Shown piece by piece: positions 8,994-19,200 of a stretch of DNA of 59,264 nucleotides; position 1 is the stretch's first letter; every line of letters starts with the position of its first letter. The translations under genes and the position numbers were made by a program. Origin of the DNA: a virus. Taxonomy: Duplodnaviria > Caudoviricetes. The stretch covers positions 1-59,264 of IMG/VR virus record IMGVR_UViG_3300009481_000013; one strand, written 5' to 3'. The notes beneath the pieces are model-generated. The model was not told where the DNA came from. It did not search any database and saw only the letters and a program-made list of their open reading frames with translations.

Positions 8994-9618
8994 GATGACA
9001 ATGAAGCTATTATTTGAAAACTGGAGAGGATTTTTGAACGAAGGAATGCAACAGATTGAGAATCTTCCTGAAGGGATTGGTGTACTCATCAATACGGAAA
9101 ATTCTCCTGAAGAAATCCGCATCTCTTATGTAGATTTGCATACTGCCAGTCCTTCTAGTGAGCCGCAAGGAGAAGTGACAATCGGAAATACACCTCAAGA
9201 ATATGCTGATTGGTATGGGGCTTGCTTGAATGCTTGGGTAGTAACTGGAGCAAAGGCTTCAAATGGTTGGGGACCTTTGTTGTACGATGTTGCTATCGAA
9301 TGGGCTTCAATGAGAGGTTCAGGAGTTGGTTTAGCACCCGATCGTTCTTTAGTGAGTGATGAGGCATATGCTGTGTGGGACAAATATGCCCATAGAGGCG
9401 ATGTTGAAGCGATTCAAATGGACAATCCAGAGAATGAATTAACTTCAGACGAGTCAGATAATTGCGCTCAAAACTCATCTGTTGCGGCAGCAAACAATCA
9501 AGGTGTAGAATGGCATCAAACTCCTCTTTCCAAAGTCTATAAGAAGAAAGGGGCTAAAATGATTAAAGCCCTTCAGGCTGCTCAGAAACTAGTTTTCAGA
9601 GAAGAAGGTGATCTGTGA
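8980..9618 (+). CDS. GNAT-like fold protein, probable virion protein
   Basis: GWGPLLYDVAIE resembles acetyl-CoA motif A; paralogous to C-terminal domain of 10109-11413; N-terminal ENWRGFLNE tag. Confidence 0.5.
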   Translation: MWENKMTMKLLFENWRGFLNEGMQQIENLPEGIGVLINTENSPEEIRISYVDLHTASPSSEPQGEVTIGNTPQEYADWYGACLNAWVVTGAKASNGWGPLLYDVAIEWASMRGSGVGLAPDRSLVSDEAYAVWDKYAHRGDVEAIQMDNPENELTSDESDNCAQNSSVAAANNQGVEWHQTPLSKVYKKKGAKMIKALQAAQKLVFREEGDL

Positions 9619-10124
9619 TTGTAATCAAGATTGGAAAAAAGTGTTCTGAGGATATTTTACCTGGCGGCTTAGCAGACAAGAATAGTCCTAGCGATTTTGA
9701 TCCAAAACATTTGGCAAAGAGCACCAAAGTAGAAATGGAGCACGTTAACGATAAAAAAATTGCTCAAGAGATTGCGATGGATCACTTAACAGAAGATCCA
9801 AAATATTATGACAAATTGAAAAAAATAGAAACTGAATCTTTAGCAGATTCAAGAGTGAAGATTTATAGAGCCTTGCCTGCAACTACAACTGAAATACGAC
9901 ACGATGATTATGTTACATTGTCTCGTAAATTTGCAGGCGACCACGCAGTAACTTCAGCTGTTTATAATGAAGAGCCTTTTTATGTGGTTTGGGCTTTCGT
10001 AGCTAAAACAGATATTGTAGAAGCATCAAATCCTGGTGAATACAAATATATGGGAAAACCCTTTAAGGCTAAAGCGAGCCAAATAGCAAACGAAAATGGA
10101 GTCCTTAAGTGGTTAAAAATATGA
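9615..10124 (+). CDS. DUF5661-like domain fused to putative ADP-ribosyltransferase-like domain
   Basis: KVEMEH…EIAMDHLTEDPKYY; then IYRA…YVTLSR…GEY (R-S/T-E-like). Confidence 0.5.
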   Translation: MIVIKIGKKCSEDILPGGLADKNSPSDFDPKHLAKSTKVEMEHVNDKKIAQEIAMDHLTEDPKYYDKLKKIETESLADSRVKIYRALPATTTEIRHDDYVTLSRKFAGDHAVTSAVYNEEPFYVVWAFVAKTDIVEASNPGEYKYMGKPFKAKASQIANENGVLKWLKI

Positions 10125-11413
10125 ATTCACTTGTTGAAAACTGGAAGGCATATCTTGAAGAATTGGTAGACCCAAGTTCTATTGATTTGTCTAGCTTTGC
10201 AATCAAAGATCAATTGAACCCTCAAGTATGGGTTGGTGGTCGTTTGCGTCCAGAAGTAAAAGAGCGCCTTATAGAGATTGCTAACGACTTCTTTGAAGCT
10301 CTAGAACTTCCTGATGTAGAGTTGAAGGATATCACCTTTACAGGTTCCTTGGCGAACTTCACGTGGTCCCAATTTTCTGATATCGACCTTCACTTGATTG
10401 TTGATTTTAACGAAGTTGACACAAACGTGGAATTGGTTAAGAATTGGCTTGATCAAGCTCGCGCAGTTTGGAACAAAAGTCACGATATTGAAATCGGGGG
10501 ACACGAGGTAGAGATTTACGTACAAAACGAAACAGAACCTCACATTTCAACAGGTGTTTATTCGGTATTGAATGATGCTTGGTTGACAAAACCTGATAAA
10601 GAAAAACCTACAGTCAAATGGGATGAGGTTCAGGAAAAGGCTGCATCCTTGATGAACGAGATTGAAGAGGTTGAAAAGATGTTTTCGTCAGGTGAAACGG
10701 AAGCAGCTTTAGAATACGCAGAAAGACTTAAAGAGAAGATTCGCAAGTTTAGAAAGAGTGGACTGGAAAAAGGAGGCGAGTTTTCTGTTGAGAATATCGC
10801 GTTTAAAACCCTTCGCAGAAACGGATACCTTGAAAAACTGTCTAAACTGAAGGATGATGCATATGATCAAAATATGTCTCTTCAAGAGTCGCGTAAATGG
10901 CAAAGCTTTATGAATGAAGCAGCTGTTACGCCAGAACAGATTCCTCAAGGTTGGAAGTTCACAATTAAAGAACAACCGAATCGAGTGGTTGTTGTTTTGA
11001 AAGACCATAGAGACAAAGGAGTAGGTAAAGTTCTTATTCAAAATGATACCAGACTACCTTGCATTGATGCTCTCTCTGTTCTCTCCTCTTACGCACCGAA
11101 AGGATATGGTCCTTTGCTTTATGATTTAGCAATGGAACTTTCTGGAGATAGGGGCATTTATTCAGATCGCACCAGTGTAAGTGACCAAGCTCAAAAGATT
11201 TGGGAATATTATGAGCATCATAGGAGTGACGTAGAATCGTTTCATCCTCTTGAATTGATCGATACAACGGAATCAGAATGTGTGGAAGATATCACTTTTA
11301 TGTTTGGAGAAGAATGGGAAGATGATCCACTTTCTAAAGTTTATAAAAAGAAAACTGACAAACTAGCTACTCTTGAAGCTCTCAGAACGGCAAACAAGAT
11401 AACATTTGTCTAG
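10109..11413 (+). CDS. Pol-beta family nucleotidyltransferase fused to GNAT-like domain
   Basis: TGSLANF…SDIDLH…EVEIY; C-terminal GYGPLLYDLAME…SDRTSVS. Confidence 0.8.
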   Translation: MVKNMNSLVENWKAYLEELVDPSSIDLSSFAIKDQLNPQVWVGGRLRPEVKERLIEIANDFFEALELPDVELKDITFTGSLANFTWSQFSDIDLHLIVDFNEVDTNVELVKNWLDQARAVWNKSHDIEIGGHEVEIYVQNETEPHISTGVYSVLNDAWLTKPDKEKPTVKWDEVQEKAASLMNEIEEVEKMFSSGETEAALEYAERLKEKIRKFRKSGLEKGGEFSVENIAFKTLRRNGYLEKLSKLKDDAYDQNMSLQESRKWQSFMNEAAVTPEQIPQGWKFTIKEQPNRVVVVLKDHRDKGVGKVLIQNDTRLPCIDALSVLSSYAPKGYGPLLYDLAMELSGDRGIYSDRTSVSDQAQKIWEYYEHHRSDVESFHPLELIDTTESECVEDITFMFGEEWEDDPLSKVYKKKTDKLATLEALRTANKITFV

Positions 11414-11416
11414 TTA

Positions 11417-13939
11417 TTGGAGCGAGGAAACACAATGAATCAATTATGGGAACAAAAATGGCGTTCGTTTAGAAAAACTGAACCCCAATCAGCACCGGAG
11501 TACAACAAACCAAAATCTATTGATGAGGGCGGTCCGCTTCTTAGAGAACTTACAGAATTTGAATATGATAAGGTTGCTCACGTTGTTGGAAATGTAGACG
11601 CTGATGACTTATCGTTTGACAACATTTTTCAAGGTAAAAAAAGAATTGTTATCCCTTTTGTAGCTGGTCCAACTGGAGAGTTAAATAAGATAATCACATA
11701 TTTTGATAAAGCCGGTTACGAAATCGATTGGAACAATGGTCTAGTCGGAAAAGAGATAGAAACTCAGCGCGGGAAACAAATGCGCAAATCAAAGATTGGG
11801 AAATTTTTAAATAAAGCTATCTCTGTTCAAAAAAAGTTTGAAGCTTTGGCACTGACTCATAGCACTGCTGTTGGAAATGCACAAGCTCTTAGGAAAGAGG
11901 AAACAGAAGAAATAAAACAAAATCTTATTCGTCAAGGCGAAGGGGGGGGAAGTTATCGCATTAACCAAGAGGCTCGGAATATTTGGTTTGATAATGATAG
12001 AACTCCCGAATATAAAGTTATTCAAAAAACAATAGATGATTTTGAACTTAAAATGGATCAACTGCGCCGCAAAATTAATGATGAATTTGGTTCTTTTGTT
12101 TCTGCAAGAGAACTTGAAGCTATGCTTAAGTTTTGGAACGAAAAAGGAGACTTTTATCGCCAGAATCCTCAAGCAATTCAAGGCGAGGAAGGCAAATATT
12201 CACTTGTAATTACTCGTGCGCCGATTGATGTTCTTCGAATGAGCGATTTTGACGACATTACTTCGTGTCACAGCCCTCCCAACCGTGGCTCGCCGAATGG
12301 CGGGGGTTATTATGCTTGTGCAATAGCTGAAGCTAATGGTCACGGTCCTATTGTATATGTTGTAGAGAATGTTGACATTCCAGAAGATTTTGATTGGGAA
12401 GAAGACGAAGTATTTACAGACGATCATCGCGGAGTGAATGGGGTAGAGCCTATTTCTAGACTTAGAGTTAGAAAATTCGTAGACCCAGATAAAGAAATAA
12501 GTTTTGCTATTCCAGAGCTTAGAACTTATGGTAGAAAATTTCCTAATCTTGGAAATGCGGTTAATAATTTCTTTAGAAAATCTCAACCAGAAATAATGGC
12601 TAATCCTCCTTCTGACAAATTGTATAAATTGGAACGATATGGCGGCTCATATTCGGACAATACAGATGATAATCTTTTTAGAAGATTTTTCGACAATTCT
12701 ATTGCATATACTGGTAGTGCAAATCATCTAAATGACGATGAAGAAGAAGAATATGATGATGAGGAAGAGGCAGATTTAGAAGCTGAATATGAAGCAGAAT
12801 GCGAAGGAATTGATGCTCAATACAACAATCATCATACTCTTGAACACGCTTACGCAAGCTATGAAATTGAAGATTATGGTGACGGCGTAGCCGTCTTTAT
12901 GAACGGCGGAATGTCTATTGAGATTGATGAAGATGAAATGATCAATACTTTGCCCGATTGGAGAGGTCAGAACGAACTTTCAAAGCAGATTCAGGGTGAG
13001 TTAGATGTGTCTGTGAATGATATAAATTTTCAAGAATTTAACGGCTCACTTCACGTTCAACTAGATGCTTATACGAGCAACATCTATGAAAATACTCCAT
13101 CAGCTTATGAAGATTTTCTGAGATATAACGTTAAAGAATTAGATGATGGATATACTCAAATTTTAGCAACTGTTCGAAAAGTTTTAGTTGCGAATAAGAT
13201 TTTAGCACAAAACGCATTTGGAAGCCTCACGCTTGATGCCGAGGCACTTGATGATATTGGAGATAAATATAAACACTTTGACATAGAATATCACGATGGT
13301 GAACTTACTATCGATCTTAAAGAAGAATCAAAAATTCCTATTGACGTATCGCTTATTGTTGAGTTAAACAAAGAACTGGAGGGAACCCCTCAAAATGATG
13401 ATGCAAAATACAACGATTCTGTTCTCAGAGCAGGTCGACACAGTTTAAAACATTTTATTAAAACTCTCGAAGCAGACGGCTTTAAACATCAAGTGTGGTC
13501 AGGTATTGTCAGAATGATTGAGAATGCAGCTAAACAGATTGATCTTCCAGGTTTAGAAAATGACGTAAATAACGAAGTTAGCATTAAAATGCCTTTTGAA
13601 GATTTGAGTTTTTCGCCAGCAGGCAGGGGAATTACCCAAAATAATATTACAAAACCTTGGATTGCTTATACTGATCTGACAATGACTCTTACAGGTCTTG
13701 AAGAAAACGAAGATGTCATCATTGCAGTGAAGCTTATCGAATATATTGACGAACATTTTGAACGTGTTGCGGAATTCGTTAATAAAGAATTCAACAATTT
13801 TGCTAAAAGCGTAAACGATGCGATAAATAATGTGACCAGTTTATTTGAAAAAGAAAATATGGTAAATGAAGTGTTAAAAAGTATTCAGCCAAAAACGAAG
13901 AAAATAGTTATTGGTTTGCAAAGAAAAAAAACTAGTTAA
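11417..13939 (+). CDS. large hypothetical protein (probable virion protein; likely start 11435)
   Basis: 840-aa ORF, EQKWRSF tag, acidic linker; GAGG RBS before ATG 11435. Confidence 0.75.
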   Translation: MERGNTMNQLWEQKWRSFRKTEPQSAPEYNKPKSIDEGGPLLRELTEFEYDKVAHVVGNVDADDLSFDNIFQGKKRIVIPFVAGPTGELNKIITYFDKAGYEIDWNNGLVGKEIETQRGKQMRKSKIGKFLNKAISVQKKFEALALTHSTAVGNAQALRKEETEEIKQNLIRQGEGGGSYRINQEARNIWFDNDRTPEYKVIQKTIDDFELKMDQLRRKINDEFGSFVSARELEAMLKFWNEKGDFYRQNPQAIQGEEGKYSLVITRAPIDVLRMSDFDDITSCHSPPNRGSPNGGGYYACAIAEANGHGPIVYVVENVDIPEDFDWEEDEVFTDDHRGVNGVEPISRLRVRKFVDPDKEISFAIPELRTYGRKFPNLGNAVNNFFRKSQPEIMANPPSDKLYKLERYGGSYSDNTDDNLFRRFFDNSIAYTGSANHLNDDEEEEYDDEEEADLEAEYEAECEGIDAQYNNHHTLEHAYASYEIEDYGDGVAVFMNGGMSIEIDEDEMINTLPDWRGQNELSKQIQGELDVSVNDINFQEFNGSLHVQLDAYTSNIYENTPSAYEDFLRYNVKELDDGYTQILATVRKVLVANKILAQNAFGSLTLDAEALDDIGDKYKHFDIEYHDGELTIDLKEESKIPIDVSLIVELNKELEGTPQNDDAKYNDSVLRAGRHSLKHFIKTLEADGFKHQVWSGIVRMIENAAKQIDLPGLENDVNNEVSIKMPFEDLSFSPAGRGITQNNITKPWIAYTDLTMTLTGLEENEDVIIAVKLIEYIDEHFERVAEFVNKEFNNFAKSVNDAINNVTSLFEKENMVNEVLKSIQPKTKKIVIGLQRKKTS

Positions 13940-13943
13940 AGAT

Positions 13944-14516
13944 ATGAAGATGTTAAAAGCTATATTTAGTGGTATTCTGTTGTTGGGGATGATTTCTTGT
14001 TCAAATTTGTCGGATGTCTCGACTTGTGGTCTAGATTATGAACCAATTCCCGGTTATAGTAATGCAGGTCAAAAGGTGATTGGAGATTACTTCGACGCAG
14101 AAAGAACTTCTATAGCTATGGATATTTTTTATGACAAGTGGGTTGAAAAATCAGAAGATTACGACGAAGTAGCATCAATTTTGTCAGGTGTTTGTGTTAA
14201 GTGGGAGCCTTATCCTTGGATTGTAGAAAGTTTAGGAAATTATGAAGATGGGGTACCTAAGCGTGCTGCTGGCTTAACTGAATCTAGACGATTAGTTAGA
14301 GTGTTTATCGGAGAAAATGAAGATAGTTTGGGAAATGAAATAGAAAGAACAATTTCGGCAACTGCCTTGTGGCACGAATTAGTTCATTTAACGCTTTGGA
14401 ACTTGAATGATGAACCAGACCCAGATCACGAAGGTTCTTCTTATAGTGGTTGGGAAACGGACGAAACTCAGGTAATCATCGATTCTAGAATAGAAGGAAA
14501 CCATTTGGGAATTTAA
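13944..14516 (+). CDS. lipoprotein Zn metallopeptidase-like
   Basis: signal peptide ending MISC; HELVH…DPDH. Confidence 0.6.
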   Translation: MKMLKAIFSGILLLGMISCSNLSDVSTCGLDYEPIPGYSNAGQKVIGDYFDAERTSIAMDIFYDKWVEKSEDYDEVASILSGVCVKWEPYPWIVESLGNYEDGVPKRAAGLTESRRLVRVFIGENEDSLGNEIERTISATALWHELVHLTLWNLNDEPDPDHEGSSYSGWETDETQVIIDSRIEGNHLGI

Positions 14517-14520
14517 AAAA

Positions 14521-15102
14521 ATGTATGAAAAGAAACGTATAAATGAAACTAAAAACTTTCTCAAAGGATGGGGAACTTATCTCAACGAAGCAGGCGGTCT
14601 CGATGGAGTCAACCGTTCTAAAATTGCTCAACTTCTTAAGCGCCTAGGTAAAAGCGAACAACCTCCTCCGATTCCAGATGATGCTATGCCTGCTGATGGC
14701 GCGGATGATGACAATGTTGTAGATGATGTTGATGTAATAGATTCAGGAAACGATCTTTCTATGGGACAAATAATGGTCGTTTTAAATCAGTTGCGCAATA
14801 CAGGCGGTCTATCATTTGAGGATTTGGGAAATGATCTGCTTAATCAAGTGAGAGATTCTATTAAAAAAACTATTACAACTTTAGCTAAAAGACCAGGTGT
14901 TCGTTCAAGTGACATAGCTCAAGATAAACAAAACATCGAAGAGGTTGGCGGCAGAATCTTAAAACGCCTTGAAGTGGCATTTGAAAAACTCTTTCAACCA
15001 AGGGCGCTTGTGAATCTTCAAGAAGTCCTTCAGGTTATTGAAAGCGAGGAACATAAAGTTCTTAAAGAGCACAAAAAACTTATTATAAGGATTAAAGACT
15101 GA
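14521..15102 (+). CDS. hypothetical (probable virion) protein
   Basis: KGWGTYLNEA tag. Confidence 0.65.
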   Translation: MYEKKRINETKNFLKGWGTYLNEAGGLDGVNRSKIAQLLKRLGKSEQPPPIPDDAMPADGADDDNVVDDVDVIDSGNDLSMGQIMVVLNQLRNTGGLSFEDLGNDLLNQVRDSIKKTITTLAKRPGVRSSDIAQDKQNIEEVGGRILKRLEVAFEKLFQPRALVNLQEVLQVIESEEHKVLKEHKKLIIRIKD

Positions 15103-15103
15103 C

Positions 15104-15553
15104 ATGAGTGATGACGTGCTTAAAGATTTGTCTGATCAGTTTTACCCCTATGCTCAACAGAAAATGGGGTTTGACAAGCCAGTTCAAATAAATTACTTGA
15201 ATGATCCACAAAATGCTGAAGATCCTCTTGGAAAAACTGCATACTACGATCCAGAAGCTATGGAAATCTCACTTTTTGTTGATGGAAGGCACCCAAAAGA
15301 CATCCTTCGTTCTTTATCTCACGAGTTAGTTCATCATACACAAAATTGTCGCGGCGAGTTTGCAAACGGCTTTATAGCAACAGAAGGGTATGCGCAAGAA
15401 GATGAACATCTCCGCGAAATGGAACGCGAAGCATACGAACAGGGCAATCTTGTTTTCAGAGACTTTGAAGATGAGTTTAAAGCTAATAAAAAAAAGAAAA
15501 GTTTAAAGTTAGAAATTAAAATTAACAGAGGAAAGAAATTATGTCTAAGTTAG
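15104..15553 (+). CDS. zincin-like metallopeptidase
   Basis: LRSLSHELVHHTQ…EREAY. Confidence 0.75.
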   Translation: MSDDVLKDLSDQFYPYAQQKMGFDKPVQINYLNDPQNAEDPLGKTAYYDPEAMEISLFVDGRHPKDILRSLSHELVHHTQNCRGEFANGFIATEGYAQEDEHLREMEREAYEQGNLVFRDFEDEFKANKKKKSLKLEIKINRGKKLCLS

Positions 15554-15683
15554 AAGATCATTTTGATATTCGCAGAATCAAGCTTAATAAACAATTGATG
15601 GATAAATATGGCTATAAGCCAAAAAAAGATACCAACAAGGAAGTTCTTAAGAACGAACCCAAAACAAACAAGGAGAAAAAATA

Positions 15684-15953
15684 ATGACATCACCAAAACA
15701 ACGCAAAAAGCGACGACTTTTGAGAGCGTTACAAGAACTACAAACAGCCGCACCTGAAGTGGTTGAAGTCGCGCCAGAGGAGCCAAAGAAAGCTTTACCA
15801 GAAGTAAAGAAAGAAGTTCCAAAAGTAGCAGCTAAGAAGGCTCCTAAGAAGCCAGCTGCTAAACCTGCAAAGGTGTCAGCGAAACCTGCCAAGAAGGCAG
15901 ACAAGCCAGCTGAGGATTCTGTAGAGGCATCTACCAAAGCTACCAAGGAGTAG
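15684..15953 (+). CDS. Lys/Ala/Pro-rich (histone H1-like) protein
   Basis: AAKKAPKKPAAKPAK low-complexity; AGGAG RBS. Confidence 0.6.
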   Translation: MTSPKQRKKRRLLRALQELQTAAPEVVEVAPEEPKKALPEVKKEVPKVAAKKAPKKPAAKPAKVSAKPAKKADKPAEDSVEASTKATKE

Positions 15954-15959
15954 AAGATT

Positions 15960-16241
15960 GTGCCCGACTTCAGAAAAATGACCAAAAAGTTTCTTTTAGG
16001 AGAAACTAAAAGTAAAGAGCCAGGAATGATGAGTCATCTTCAAGCTCTTGAAGAGACGCTCGGCTTATTGCAGCCTCGCTCTAAATCCGATTCCCGTCGC
16101 GTTGAGATTGCGCGGGAACATTTGCGTGGAATGAAGCGTCAATATCGTCGCATTATACAAGAGAATAAAAAGTTGCAAGAAAAGGTTAGCCTTTTAGAGG
16201 AAGAAAAAGCAAATGCACTCATTGAAGAAGATTATAAATGA
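15960..16241 (+). CDS. coiled-coil hypothetical protein
   Basis: ORF with heptad pattern. Confidence 0.6.
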   Translation: MPDFRKMTKKFLLGETKSKEPGMMSHLQALEETLGLLQPRSKSDSRRVEIAREHLRGMKRQYRRIIQENKKLQEKVSLLEEEKANALIEEDYK

Positions 16242-19200
16242 GGGCGGCGCCGCTGCCGTTGCTCTAACAAATAAAAAACTAGCTCCACATCCAAACAATG
16301 CTGAAAGAGATTTGCAATATGGCAAAATCTCGGATGCTGAGCTGGATTCTATTTTTCCTAGAGAATATGGAACTATGACAGATGCTTCTGACGATACATA
16401 CGTTGGAAGGATTTTTCACGCTCTTGGTTCGCAAGGATTGATAGACACTTCTCATTCTCCCTCATATTCGATGGGCTCCACACGTCTGGCAGCACTCAAA
16501 AAATATGGTCGTGGTTCTATCGGGCTAGACAAGTATGAAACTGATGACGTAATCGCAACCGTAAGCGGAAAAAAGACTGAATATGGTGATTTAGATATTG
16601 ATCTTCTTTTTACTGGCGACAAAAAGTCTATTGCCAACGCAATTGAAGCTATTGACCCGTCTGTTTATGCAGCAGCAGCTGGAGGTCCCAAAGCTGTTGC
16701 TGTAGCTATTCGAATTGGAAACAAAGTTATCCAAGTAGACTTGGTTGATATCTCTGAAGGTCAAGCGGCACAGGACTTTCTTTGGAAGAGCAGTTTTGTA
16801 GACTTGGCAGCTGGAGTTAAAGGTGCTTTTTCTATTATTTTGCTGCGAGCAGTAGCTTCTGTTATGGAAATTGGTCCTAGTGATACCCTTGAGTCTCTTA
16901 TTCAATATGCTCAAGACAATCCAGAGTCTCGATTTGCCAAAGATTTCAATAAAAAGCTAAAACTAAATTATCAACCAGTTGGTTCGCGCTTTTCTCTTGG
17001 TTCAAAAGGTTTAAAGCTTATTGTAGATTTAGAAAAGCCAAGTAAAAAAGATCCTAACAAAAAAACTCAATCAAAAATCGATTTTGAAGATGCAGTGCGT
17101 CAAGGATACGAAGATTTAGATGAATTGGCGCAAATAATTCTTCAAAATCGAAATGCTGACTCATCTACGATTTATAGTGCAACGAAACTAGCTAGTTTTA
17201 TCAAAAAACACGTCCCTCAAAGCAAAATCAATCTGATTTGGAGCGCTTTTCTAAAAAGTACTAAAGATACGCTTGAAGGAAAAATCGATCAACACGATTA
17301 TGAGACTGGAATGGCTTTTTTGGGCAATTTACTCGGAACTGAGTGGACTCCTGAAGCAGCTGCAACCTTAAATGAAGCTCGTGAAGATATTGGGCGATTT
17401 ATTGGTAAAAATAAGTTCTCCAATAAGAATATGCTGTTGCTATTGAGGGCTTTGGTTTCCGAATCGGGCAACGAAGGAAAGACCAGTTTTGATATTAAGC
17501 TTTCAGAAAATCCAGCGGTTGATATGGTTGAGAAAATGGATTCATCGTTCAGTCACTTTGGTATCGACCCAGAAGGCAAGTTCTTTATGGAAACCAGCAA
17601 TAGCGGTCCTGTAACGAAAGAGAACTTGGAAGAAAAGTTCGGAACTAAGCCAGAGTTTTTCCACGATATCTATGAATCCTTCAAATGGTTGTCCAACAGT
17701 AAAGAGGTTCAAGGTTCTCTTCAAGAAATTTTCAAACAAATCGGACCAATTAGATATGATGCTGAACTCTTTCCAGTTTTGACTCACGAAGGTGATGCTT
17801 CAGGGAATATTGTATTCGTTGGCACACCTTATTCGAGAGAGAAGCTTGGAAGAGTTGGTGGTTTCGTAGTATTTAAAGCTCAAAAATGGAGTCCTGAAGA
17901 GCTTAGTTGGTATCGACCAGAACCAGCAGAGAACGTAGCTTTGGTGAAGATGATTAAACAGTCTTCTTTCTCAGGCAACTGGGCTGGAGATTGGAGAGTT
18001 TATACCAACGAAGAAGATATGAAACACAACGTCACGCTTCACGTTGAGTTTGATGAGTTGTTGTCAAGCTATTTGAGCAGTGAAGAGAGCTTCAATAAAG
18101 CTCTGGCACTTGTCTCTACACGTAAAAACAATCCCGATAAGGATGAACTGCTCTTTTCTCTAAACAGAATACGTGAGGTGTTGCAAGATAAGCTTAATTC
18201 TTATGCTTCTGGAGCTGAATCTATTCTAGGTGGTGAAGGCTCTTACATCGAAGGCGTTGTCCTCCGAGTAAAGAAGAACAATGGTGATATTTTCGAAGCA
18301 AAAGGGACTTCATACAAGTTTGATGAGCACAAGGAAGAACTTTGGGAGGATCGCGTCAATGTACTTAATCTTACCAAGACTTTTGAAAAGAAACTAATGA
18401 TTGAGGTTCTAGAACTTAGAACTGATCATCCAGCAACATTGAACAAAGCAATCAAGCAAGTGTCCCTTGAGTTTAACGCTACCTCAAGCGGCGATGAAGC
18501 GAAGGTGGAGTTTATTAGAGAGCTGTTACCTGTTATCACCGACAAGACAACTGGGTTTGATAAAATAAAACCTGAAACAATCAACCTAATCAATGAAACA
18601 GAAGCTCTTTACAAAGAACTCCTTCAGCAGTTTGAAGCGAACAAGCCAAATCTCGATCCTGACACTATCAGGAAAACCCAAGCTTTGTATGACTCTTCTG
18701 CTGAGTCTCTAAGTAAGTACAAAGCAGCTGCCAGCTCTACTCTTGAGAGTATGTCTTATTTCGTATACCTTATTGGTTTAACACTGAACAGAAGAATCGA
18801 CAGATTTGTGAATTTTGGAAGAACTAAGCCACGCCCAGAGAAGAAAGATGTTCCTAAAGTTATCTTTTGGAATGGCAGGGCTCAACCTTGGCACAAAGGT
18901 CACGATGCTATGGTGCAGAAAGGCAAAAGTATGCTCAATACACTTGATGCTGAAGCGGTAATGATTATGATTGTCAAAGGTGGTAAAGCTTCTCAAGACA
19001 AATCGGTAAATCCATTGTCAGAGTCAGATCAAATCAACTTGATTAGTGCAATCTACGAAAATGATCCGCAAGTTATCGTTTCAGACAAGATTTTGAAGCG
19101 TTCATTCATTGGAGAGATTGCAAATGTTGTCTACAGCACTGGATATGAGGTTGTAGGTTGGCTTGCTGGTGCAGATAGGATCGATAGCTACAGAAAAGGA

